Notes under the pieces: model-generated
Told to the model about the DNA's origin: nothing
The model's database searches: none
Seen by the model: only the letters and a program-made list of their open reading frames with translations
Shown: one piece after another, positions 48,611-58,770 of the stretch
Numbering within the stretch: position 1 is the first letter of the stretch
Layout of the letters: the number at the start of each line of letters is the position of its first letter
Assembly (NCBI GenBank): GCA_024742285.1
Contig: JANSYR010000012.1
Span: 36,260-100,259, forward strand
From: a bacterium
GTDB lineage: Bacteria > Myxococcota_A > UBA9160 > UBA4427
Length of the DNA: 64,000 bases
Reading direction: 5' to 3'
Position numbers and translations under genes: made by a program

Positions 48611-49387
48611 GTGCGACGGGCGCGCACGGAGAAGCGTTCGACCGGGGAGGGCGCGGTGGACATCGGATTCGTCGCGAGCGTGCTCGGGGCCGTGGAGCCG
48701 GTCGGCGCTCCGGGGACGCCGCCGTCGGTCCGAGAGCGCGGTTCCGCCCGTCCCGGGGCCGTGGGCGAAGCGGAGGCCACCTCTTCGGCATTCGGTCCGG
48801 GCGTCGCGGTCTCGCTCTCCGCGGAGGCGCAGTCCCTCGTCGGCCCGGGCGCTCCGGCGAAGTCGTCCTCCGGTGACGGGTCCCGAGCGGACGCCGAGGC
48901 GCGGAAGGAGCTCGCAGCGGAAGCCGGGCCCCGGGGCGGATCCGGCCGTCCCGGCGAGCTGACCGACGACGAGCAGGAAGAGGTCACGCGGCTCGAGCAG
49001 CGCGACGCCGAGGTCCGCGCCCACGAGAACGCCCACAAGGCCGCGGCGGGACAGCACGCGCGGGGCGGTCCGACCTATGAGTTCGAGCGCGGGCCGGACG
49101 GCCGGCGCTATGCGGTCGGTGGTGAGGTCCAGATCGACACGTCGCCGGTCCCGAACGATCCGGACGCGACGATCCTCAAGATGCGCCAGGTGCGCCGGGC
49201 CGCCCTCGCGCCGGCGGAGCCGTCGCCGCAGGATCGCCGGGTCGCCTCCGAAGCCTCCCAGCAGGAGTCGGCGGCGAGGCGCGAGAAGCTCGCGCAGCAG
49301 CAGGCAGAGGGCGGCGCCCGCAAGTCGGACGCCTACTCGCGCGCTTCGGAGCGCCCGCTGGGCGGCGTGCTCGACCTGACCGCCTAG
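48611..49387 (+). CDS. SprA-related / putative metalloprotease-family protein (HExxH-like HENAH)
   Basis: EQEEVTRLEQRDAEVRAHENAHKAAAG...YEFERGPDGRRYAVGGEVQIDTSPV...ATILKMRQVRRAALAPA matches my recollection of the SprA-related family (PF12118); start uncertain. Confidence 0.45.
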   Translation: MRRARTEKRSTGEGAVDIGFVASVLGAVEPVGAPGTPPSVRERGSARPGAVGEAEATSSAFGPGVAVSLSAEAQSLVGPGAPAKSSSGDGSRADAEARKELAAEAGPRGGSGRPGELTDDEQEEVTRLEQRDAEVRAHENAHKAAAGQHARGGPTYEFERGPDGRRYAVGGEVQIDTSPVPNDPDATILKMRQVRRAALAPAEPSPQDRRVASEASQQESAARREKLAQQQAEGGARKSDAYSRASERPLGGVLDLTA

Positions 49388-49415
49388 CGCGCCCGCAGGA
49401 TCGACCGAGGGCCGA

Positions 49416-50006
<591 letters not shown>

Positions 50007-50079
50007 GGGGTGGTGTCCGTGTTAGGCGGTCGAGAGTTCAGTCGCTATCGCGCCGGCGGCGCACGACTGAGCCTTCGGC

Positions 50080-50568
50080 TCAGTCGTTGAACAAGTTGTC
50101 GATGTCGTCGTCCGTGATCTCGGCGAACGGCGACGAGGCGCTGTGCGCCTCGGTCTCGGCCTTCTTCTTCACTTCCTCGAAGAGCTTCGCGAGCTCGGCG
50201 CCGGCCTTCTTGACGCGAAGGCGGACGAGGCCGAGGGAGCTGCGCTCGTCGAAGACGACGACCAGGATCATGCGGTCGCCGACCAGGGTCATGTGCAGGT
50301 TGTCCCGCTGGCCCTGGTGGAAATGGATCGGGAACTCTTCCTCGCCCACGATCTTGGCGAGGCCACCCGTCGCGGCGACGCAGCCGGCGGTCAGGCTGGC
50401 GAGGCTGGTGCTGTCGATGCCCTGCATCTCGCCGGCTTCGCCCACGAGCTGACCGGCCTTGTCGACCACGAAGACGCCCTTCGCGTTGGCGTCTCGGACC
50501 AGCTTTTGGATGATCGCGAGGACTCGGTCGAAGTCCTCCTGCTGCATCACGAGCTGGGATTCCATCAT
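50080..50568 (-). CDS. mglB: Roadblock/LC7-domain protein MglB (MglA GAP)
   Basis: 162 aa roadblock-fold sequence immediately upstream of mglA with a C-terminal acidic tail. Confidence 0.8.
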   Translation of the reverse strand: MMESQLVMQQEDFDRVLAIIQKLVRDANAKGVFVVDKAGQLVGEAGEMQGIDSTSLASLTAGCVAATGGLAKIVGEEEFPIHFHQGQRDNLHMTLVGDRMILVVVFDERSSLGLVRLRVKKAGAELAKLFEEVKKKAETEAHSASSPFAEITDDDIDNLFND

Positions 50569-50847
50569 CGGCAGTTGCCTCTGTAAACGTCCGGGAAATG
50601 GACCCTTTTTGGCAGCTTACCCCGCGTGGGGAGGGGCCGCCAAATGCGAGCCGGCACACACCGATCCCGCGTCTGTTCCTGATTCGGCCGGCGTTTCCGG
50701 TGGCTTTAGGGCACGGGCGTGGTTTTGCGGCCGCAGCGGGCGATTTCGTTCTGCAAGCGGCGTCGCGCGCCCGGCGTCGCCGGGCCGGATTGCTCGCCCG
50801 TTGCCGATCGGGTGAGTCGCCGCGGGGCGCTCCGGGGTCGGGCGGTG

Positions 50848-51450
50848 CTAGTCCCCGATCGAGCGCCGGTTCTCGATCGCGCGACTGACCGTCACGTGGT
50901 CGGCGTACTCGATGTCGCCGCCGAGGGGCATGCCGTAGGCGATGCGCGAGACCTGGACATGGGCGCCGCGCAGGCGGTCGGCCAGGAAGTGGGCGGTCGC
51001 ATCGCCCTCCGCCGTCGGGTTCGTCGCGAGCACCACTTCCTTCACGCCGTCCTGGGCGACCCGGCGCTCCAGCTCACCGACGCGGAGCGTCTCGGGTCCC
51101 ATCCCGTCGATCGGAGACAGCGCCCCGCCCAGCACGTGATAGAGGCCGCGGAAGCCGCCGCTGCGCTCGATGGCGGCCATGTCCGCGGGCTCCTCGACGA
51201 CGCAGACGACGGTCCGGTCGCGGTCCGGGTGGGCGCAGACGGGACACGGCGTCCGGTCCGAGAGGGTGAAGCAGGTCTCGCAGACGACGGTGTCGCGCTG
51301 GAGCCGCGCGATCGACTCGGCGAGCTCGCGGGACAGATCCTCCGGCGCGCTGAGCAGGAAGTAGGCGAGGCGGGTCGCGGATTTCTCGCCGATCCCGGGG
51401 AGTCGCTTCAGGCTCTCGACCAGGCGGTCCATGGCGGGCGACGACGACAT
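50848..51450 (-). CDS. recR: Recombination protein RecR
   Basis: LKRLPGIGEKSATRLAYFLL HhH, C4 zinc finger CETCFTLSDRTPCPVC, Toprim. Confidence 0.9.
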   Translation of the reverse strand: MSSSPAMDRLVESLKRLPGIGEKSATRLAYFLLSAPEDLSRELAESIARLQRDTVVCETCFTLSDRTPCPVCAHPDRDRTVVCVVEEPADMAAIERSGGFRGLYHVLGGALSPIDGMGPETLRVGELERRVAQDGVKEVVLATNPTAEGDATAHFLADRLRGAHVQVSRIAYGMPLGGDIEYADHVTVSRAIENRRSIGD

Positions 51451-51821
51451 CAGGCACCCCCTCCAGAGGTGAAGCCTCCTCCCGGCGTGCCGGGCATCCC
51501 GGGCAGGTTCGGGAGCCCCGCGAGCATCCCGCTCTGGAAGCGGGTCATCTCCTGGGCGACGGCTTCCTGGGCCTTCGTGAGGGCGGCGTTCACCGCGGCC
51601 GCCGTGAGGTCCTGGATCATGTCGCGATCCTTGTGCTCGATCAGGACGGGTTCGATCTCGACCGAGAGGACGCGGAACGCCCCCGAGACCGTCGCCGTGA
51701 CCATGCCGCCGCCGGCGCTCGCTTCGTAGCGGCGTCGCGCGAGCTCGGCCTGGAGCTCTCCGAGCTTCGACTGCATCTCCTGCGCGCGCTCGAGCGCCTG
51801 CTTCATCTCGTTGGGATCCAC
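51450..51821 (-). CDS. ybaB: YbaB/EbfC-family nucleoid-associated protein
   Basis: MKQALERAQEMQSKLGELQAEL...GGGMVTATVSG; stop overlaps the recR start. Confidence 0.85.
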   Translation of the reverse strand: MDPNEMKQALERAQEMQSKLGELQAELARRRYEASAGGGMVTATVSGAFRVLSVEIEPVLIEHKDRDMIQDLTAAAVNAALTKAQEAVAQEMTRFQSGMLAGLPNLPGMPGTPGGGFTSGGGA

Positions 51822-51863
51822 TTCGTCTCCTGGGGCCGGGCGTTCTCCGGGTCTGGCCCGAGT

Positions 51864-53852
<1,989 letters not shown>

Positions 53853-54009
53853 GGGGCGATCCGTCGTCGTGAGGGCTGGGAGGTCCAACGACGCTGAGGG
53901 ATTTCGATCGGGATTGGCGCCCGATCGGGACGCGACGTCGTCACTTCCCGATCGGCGTCGCCTGAGCGGCACGTCGCCTCGCAGGCGGCCAAGCCGCACC
54001 CCTTACGCA

Positions 54010-54128
54010 CAGAGCATTGACCGCAGGGCGGTCCACTCGCAGCCAGGCCCTGCTACGGCTGCTTCCTTCCGGACCTGACCGGGTTCACAGGATCCCGAAC
54101 TCGAACGGGACCCTGCGGTCAACGCTCG
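54010..54128 (-). ncRNA. ffs: Signal recognition particle RNA (4.5S / SRP RNA)
   Basis: Minus strand has the invariant domain IV motif GGUCAGGUCCGGAAGGAAGCAGCC closed by a 12 bp terminal helix UUGACCGCAGGG/CCCUGCGGUCAA; sits directly upstream of dnaX-ybaB-recR, the conserved ffs location. Confidence 0.65.
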
Positions 54129-54140
54129 GTGCGAACCGGG

Positions 54141-54169
54141 AAAGTACCGGTGGCGGAGAGCGGATTCAA
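54141..54169 (-). promoter_or_regulatory. Sigma70-like promoter for ffs (-35 TTGAAT, 17 bp spacer, -10 TACTTT)
   Basis: Read on the minus strand about 10 nt upstream of the predicted ffs 5' end. Confidence 0.35.
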
Positions 54170-54245
54170 TCGTGTCGGAATCGGGCCCGAGACGCCCGGA
54201 CCCGGCTAGTATCGCGGGATCCGATCGGATCAGGAGGAAGTGCGA

Positions 54246-54709
54246 TGGCGGCGAGCGAAACCCCGGACCGGCGCGAGGACGAGGCGCGGCTGCGCGACAC
54301 GGCCTTCCGCTACGCGCGCATGATGGACCGCATGTCCTTCGACGACCTGCCCACGGTCTTCGCGGAGGACGGGGTGCTCTCGGGTCCCGGTTACGAGATG
54401 ACGGGACACGACGAGCTCCGCACCGGGCTCCAGAGCCTCGACCAGTTCGAGGCGACCCTGCACGGCGTCCTCAACACCTACTTCGAGATCGACGGCGATC
54501 GGGCGAAGGGCGAGGTCTACTGCGTCGCGAACCACGTGCACCAGATCGACGGGATCCCCTTCAAGCTCGACATGGGCATCCGCTACGAGGACGACTACAC
54601 GCGCAAGGGCGACCTCTGGGTGATCCAGCGGCGCTTCTTCAACATGGTCTGGGAGACCGACACGCCCATGCGGGTCTCGGCGGACGGGAAGCCCCTGGCC
54701 TCCGCCTAG
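54246..54709 (+). CDS. NTF2-like (SnoaL/DUF4440) family protein
   Basis: ATG 54246 with AGGAGGAAG RBS; 154 aa. The upstream part of the listed ORF overlaps ffs and is not coding. Confidence 0.55.
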
Positions 54710-55422
54710 TCTGCGCGCCCGATCCCCGCGTCCTCGGACTCCGTCCGGAGTCGTGGCAGCGCCTCGGCGAAGGCGTCGAGGGAGTCCATTCGCCAGGTTG
54801 CCGCCTCGAAGCGCGGATCGCCCTGATGGGCCGCCTCCGGGATCGCGACGCAGCGCATCCCCGCGGCCATCGCACTCGCGACGCCGTTCGCCGAGTCCTC
54901 GATCGCGATCGCGCCCCGGGCATCCACGCCCATCTCGTGCAGGGTGGAGCGATAGACGTCCGGGTGGGGCTTGCCGAGCGTCTCGTGCTCGGCGGACCGG
55001 CAGACCTCGAAGCGCGAACCCAGTCCGAAGGTGTCGAGCGTCGCCTCGATCAGCCGCATCGGGGACGAAGAGGCGAGTCCCAGCCGCCACCCCTCCGCCT
55101 CTGCGGCGCCGAGGGCCGCTTCGACGCCGGCGATCGGTCGTGCCTCCGCTCGGATCACGGTCTCCATTTCGTCGATGATCGCGGTCGCGACCTCGTCCAC
55201 CGACGGCGGTGTCCAGGATCGATGGTCGATCCAGTACTCGACGGCCTCGTCGATCCGCAGGCCCATCGTCCGGACGCAGTCCGACTCCTCGAGCGCGAGC
55301 CCATAGCGGCCGAAGCAGGCCACCTCGGCCCTGCGCCAGAGCGGCTCCGAGTCGACGAGGACACCGTCCATGTCGAAGACCAGGGCGCGCCCGCGCGGGT
55401 CCGGTTCGGCGTCGCGCGTCAC
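54706..55422 (-). CDS. HAD-family hydrolase (beta-phosphoglucomutase-like subfamily IA)
   Basis: FDMDGVLVDSE motif I, GLASSS motif II, KP...IEDSANG motifs III/IV. GTG start overlaps the upstream stop as GTGA. Confidence 0.65.
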   Translation of the reverse strand: MTRDAEPDPRGRALVFDMDGVLVDSEPLWRRAEVACFGRYGLALEESDCVRTMGLRIDEAVEYWIDHRSWTPPSVDEVATAIIDEMETVIRAEARPIAGVEAALGAAEAEGWRLGLASSSPMRLIEATLDTFGLGSRFEVCRSAEHETLGKPHPDVYRSTLHEMGVDARGAIAIEDSANGVASAMAAGMRCVAIPEAAHQGDPRFEAATWRMDSLDAFAEALPRLRTESEDAGIGRAD

Positions 55423-56180
55423 GCCAGGGCGGCGCCGTCGATCCGGATTTCCTCGCCGCTGATGTGGAGGGCGTCCGGCGAGGCGAGGAAGAGGATCAGG
55501 TCGGCCACCCGTTCGGGTCCGGTCGGACCGTGGAGCGAGGCCAGGCGGTTCAGCAGTTCGAAGTCGGCGCCTTCGGGCATCCGGGTCGGTTTCGTCATGC
55601 CCGTATCGATGGACGCCGGGGCGATCGAGTTCGCTCGAAGTCCGCGATCGGCGTACTCGACCGCGATCGCACGGGTGAAGGCGTGGATGGCCCCCTTCGA
55701 GGCGCTGTAGGCGGCGCCGTAGGCGAGTCCCGCGAGGCCGGCGGTCGAGCCGATGTTCACGATCGACCCCTTCGTCTCGAGCAGGTGCGGAATCGCGGCC
55801 CGGGTCATCAGGAACGTACCGTCGAGGTTGACCGAGAGGATCTTTCGCCACGCGGCGAATTCCATCTCGTCGGTTCGGGAGTAGGCGATGACGCCGGCGT
55901 TGTTGCAGAGCGTGTCGAGCTTGCCGTAGGTCTCGACGCAGGCGGCGACGCTGTCGTTCGCCTGGGCCTCGTCGGCGATGTCGGCGACCCGTGATTCGAT
56001 GCGACCGCCGCTCGCGGCGGCGATCTCGCTCGCGGCCTTGACCGTCTCCTCGAGGCCCGTCGCGACCACGTCGGTCACGAATACGTTCGCGCCTTCGGCT
56101 GCGAGCTTCAGGGTCGCGGCGCGACCGATCCCGGAGGCGCCTCCCGTGATCAGCAGGACCTGGTCGGTGAATCGCGGCAT
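55419..56180 (-). CDS. SDR-family oxidoreductase
   Basis: ATG 56180 with GAGGAG RBS; ITGGASGIGRA, NNAG, YSASKGA. Confidence 0.75.
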   Translation of the reverse strand: MPRFTDQVLLITGGASGIGRAATLKLAAEGANVFVTDVVATGLEETVKAASEIAAASGGRIESRVADIADEAQANDSVAACVETYGKLDTLCNNAGVIAYSRTDEMEFAAWRKILSVNLDGTFLMTRAAIPHLLETKGSIVNIGSTAGLAGLAYGAAYSASKGAIHAFTRAIAVEYADRGLRANSIAPASIDTGMTKPTRMPEGADFELLNRLASLHGPTGPERVADLILFLASPDALHISGEEIRIDGAALA

Positions 56181-56244
56181 GTCGGCTCCTCGTGTGGGCG
56201 GCCGAACGTCGCACGGGCGCGAAAGGGCGGCAAGCGCCGCCGAT

Positions 56245-57738
56245 CTAGCGCCAACCGCGCGGGTTGCGCTCGTCTTCCTGGACACGCGCTTCGAAGGCGG
56301 CGGCCATCCGGGCCATCACTTCCGGATGGCGCGTGCTCACGTCCCAGCTCTCGCTCGGATCCTGGTCGAGGTCGAAGAGCCAGGGGCCCCAATCGGCGTT
56401 CGCAGAGAATCGTTCCGTTCCGCCCGCGCGGACGCCGCGCCGGCGGTGGTATTTGAAGCGCGCGTCGCGCACCGCGTCGAGTCCGCCGCCATTCCCGCCC
56501 TGGGTCATCCCGTAGTAGTAGAGAAGGCGATCGCCGGCAGGCGCCGCGTCGAAGAGGTGAGCGCCGACGTCCTCGCCGTCGAGCAGGCGGTCCGGCGGCG
56601 TCGGGAGGGCGAGGAGCGAGAGGAGCGTCGGAACCAGGTCGACCCCCCCGATCGGGGCGTCGCTCTCGCGACCCGGGGCGATCCGTGACGGCCAGTGGAC
56701 GACGAAGGGGACGCGCTGGCCGCCTTCCCAGGTCTGGTTCTTGCGACCCCGGTTCATCCCGGGACTGCCCTCGTACCAGGGGCCATTGTCCGAGGTCGCG
56801 ATCACGATCGTGTCCTCGAGCAGCCCGCGGCGTTCGAGGACGTCGACGATCCGGCCGACGGAGTCGTCGAGGCCTTCGACGACGTCGCCGTAGAGCCCGG
56901 CGTCCGAACGTCCGCGATCCTCTTCCGGTCGGAAGAGAGGGATGTGTGGGAAGTTGTGGGCGAAGTAGAGGAAGAAGGGGCGGTCGTGGTCCCGATCGAG
57001 GAACTCGACGGCCGCGTCTTCGTAGACCCGCTTCATCCGCGTCTGGTCGAAGGGCGCTTCGTGCAAGAGCGCTTCGCCGCGGTAGATGGCGAAGGGGGTC
57101 ATGTCGTTGCTGTAGAGCGCACCCAGATAGGTGTCGAACCCGCGGTCGAGGGGAAGCGAGGGCGAGCGATCTCCGAGATGCCACTTGCCGACCATCCCGG
57201 TCTCGTAGCCCGCTGCGGAGAGGATCTCGGGCAGCAGGATCTCCTCCTCGGCGACGCGCGTGGCGGGGGCGCCCTGGGCCCGGAGCGCCCATTCCATGGG
57301 GTGGCCGGTCGGAAAGGCGACCACGTTCAGGAGCGCTCGCTCGGGATACCGACCCGTCAACAGGCCGACGCGCGAGGAGGTGCAGACCGGGGAAGGGGCG
57401 TAGTAGTTCTCGAGTCGGAGGCCGCCCGCCGCGAGGCGATCGAGATGGGGGGTCGCGATCGACTCGGCCCCGTAGGCGCCGAGATCGCCGTAGCCGAGGT
57501 CGTCGAACAGGATCAGCACGAGGTTGGGTCGGTCGCCGGCGGCGCTCGGCGCATCGGCGGAATCGGTCGCGATCGCTTCCAGGTAGCGCGCCTTCGCCAG
57601 GGCGTGCTCGGCATCATCGGCACTCGCGTACGCGGCGATCCGAACGACGAGGAGCCCGAGCCAGAGGAGCCCGGCGACGATTCCGAGGAGCGCCAGGCCG
57701 CCGAGGCCACGAACGAGCAGCGACAGGAGACGGCGCAT
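56245..57738 (-). CDS. Sulfatase (arylsulfatase family) with a non-canonical maturation motif
   Basis: LVLILFDDLGYGDLGAYG...SPVCTSSRVGLLTGRYP: a sulfatase signature with Ser in place of the conserved Pro of C-x-P-x-R. Signal peptide MRRLLSLLVRGLGGLALLG. Confidence 0.7.
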   Translation of the reverse strand: MRRLLSLLVRGLGGLALLGIVAGLLWLGLLVVRIAAYASADDAEHALAKARYLEAIATDSADAPSAAGDRPNLVLILFDDLGYGDLGAYGAESIATPHLDRLAAGGLRLENYYAPSPVCTSSRVGLLTGRYPERALLNVVAFPTGHPMEWALRAQGAPATRVAEEEILLPEILSAAGYETGMVGKWHLGDRSPSLPLDRGFDTYLGALYSNDMTPFAIYRGEALLHEAPFDQTRMKRVYEDAAVEFLDRDHDRPFFLYFAHNFPHIPLFRPEEDRGRSDAGLYGDVVEGLDDSVGRIVDVLERRGLLEDTIVIATSDNGPWYEGSPGMNRGRKNQTWEGGQRVPFVVHWPSRIAPGRESDAPIGGVDLVPTLLSLLALPTPPDRLLDGEDVGAHLFDAAPAGDRLLYYYGMTQGGNGGGLDAVRDARFKYHRRRGVRAGGTERFSANADWGPWLFDLDQDPSESWDVSTRHPEVMARMAAAFEARVQEDERNPRGWR

Positions 57739-57743
57739 CGGGC

Positions 57744-58655
57744 CTAGCGACTCGCCGTTCGGGGCGTGCCTTCGCACTCGGTCTTCCGCGGGTCCCCCGC
57801 CCAGGCGACGGCGTTGCGCAGCAACGTCTTCGTATAGTCCCGGGCGTAGGCCTCGGCCCAGTGGCCCATCGCGGTGTAGACCGCGCGACCTCGATCGACG
57901 CAGCGCGACCAGACGATCGGGTGGTCGCCCATCGAGATGTCGACCTCCTGGCCCATGCCGCGGATCCAGGGCGAATAGGTCGACTCGTCGACGGTCAGGA
58001 GCACGTGGTAGCCGGCTTCCCGGGCGCCCCGATCCCAGGAGTACCACTCCTCGGCGTGTACGAAGTCCGCGGGCAACCCCGTGGTGACTGGATGCTGCGG
58101 GTCCTCGACGACCACTCGCGCCTCCTGGGTCTGGGGGCCGAGGATGTGACCGAGGTAGGTCCCTGTCTTGAGCGTTTCCTCGTACCAGGTCCACTCGGCG
58201 TGGGAACCGTCCCCGGCCGCGTGGATGCCGAGCCAGCCGCCGCCTTCCTCGAGCCACCGCCGGAACGCCGCGTCCTGCGCGTCGCTCGCGTGGTCGCCGC
58301 TGGCGCTCGCGAAGACGACGACGTCGAAGCGGTCGAGGATCGTGGAATCGAAGACGGCGCTGTTCTCGGTGTGGAAGACGGCCCAGTCCGCGTCAGTCGC
58401 GAGCTCGTCGAAGAGGTCGTGCGAGGCCGCGATCCCCTCCGTATGGCGGAACTGGTTCGTCTTCGAGTAGACGAGGACGCGGAGGTTCGCGTTCGCGCCG
58501 AAGTCGGCCGCGAGCACCGGCGGCGTCGTCTCGTGGGCGTGGCTCGGGAAGAGGATGCCCCAGGCGCCGATCCACCAGACGAAGAGCAATGCGCCCACGA
58601 CGGCGAGAGCGACGAGGCTGGCGAGTCCGAGACCGATCTTCTTCACGAGGCTCAT
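57744..58655 (-). CDS. ThuA-family (trehalose utilisation / GATase1-like) protein
   Basis: TM/signal N-terminus, then a ThuA-like LVYSKTNQFRHTEGI...GGGWLGIHAA pattern. Confidence 0.6.
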   Translation of the reverse strand: MSLVKKIGLGLASLVALAVVGALLFVWWIGAWGILFPSHAHETTPPVLAADFGANANLRVLVYSKTNQFRHTEGIAASHDLFDELATDADWAVFHTENSAVFDSTILDRFDVVVFASASGDHASDAQDAAFRRWLEEGGGWLGIHAAGDGSHAEWTWYEETLKTGTYLGHILGPQTQEARVVVEDPQHPVTTGLPADFVHAEEWYSWDRGAREAGYHVLLTVDESTYSPWIRGMGQEVDISMGDHPIVWSRCVDRGRAVYTAMGHWAEAYARDYTKTLLRNAVAWAGDPRKTECEGTPRTASR

Positions 58656-58770
58656 GGGGGCTCCTCCGCGACCGCGAATCGGGGAGACGATAAGGCAGAT
58701 CGGTCGGCTTCGTGTGCTCGCCTCGTGGGTCTCGCCAGCTACCGTTGCCTCGTTCGGTCGAGGAGATGGG

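Noticed and set aside
53917-53960. GC-rich palindromic hairpin (GCCGATCGGGAA...TCCCGATCGGC) between ffs and dnaX as an independent element
   Set aside because: It is most simply the ffs terminator or a dnaX leader structure. There is no evidence for more.
54017-54245. N-terminal extension of the listed ORF 54017..54709, and the 12 nt inverted repeat TTGACCGCAGGG/CCCTGCGGTCAA
   Set aside because: The inverted repeat is the closing helix of the SRP RNA (ffs). The protein starts at ATG 54246 with a strong RBS.
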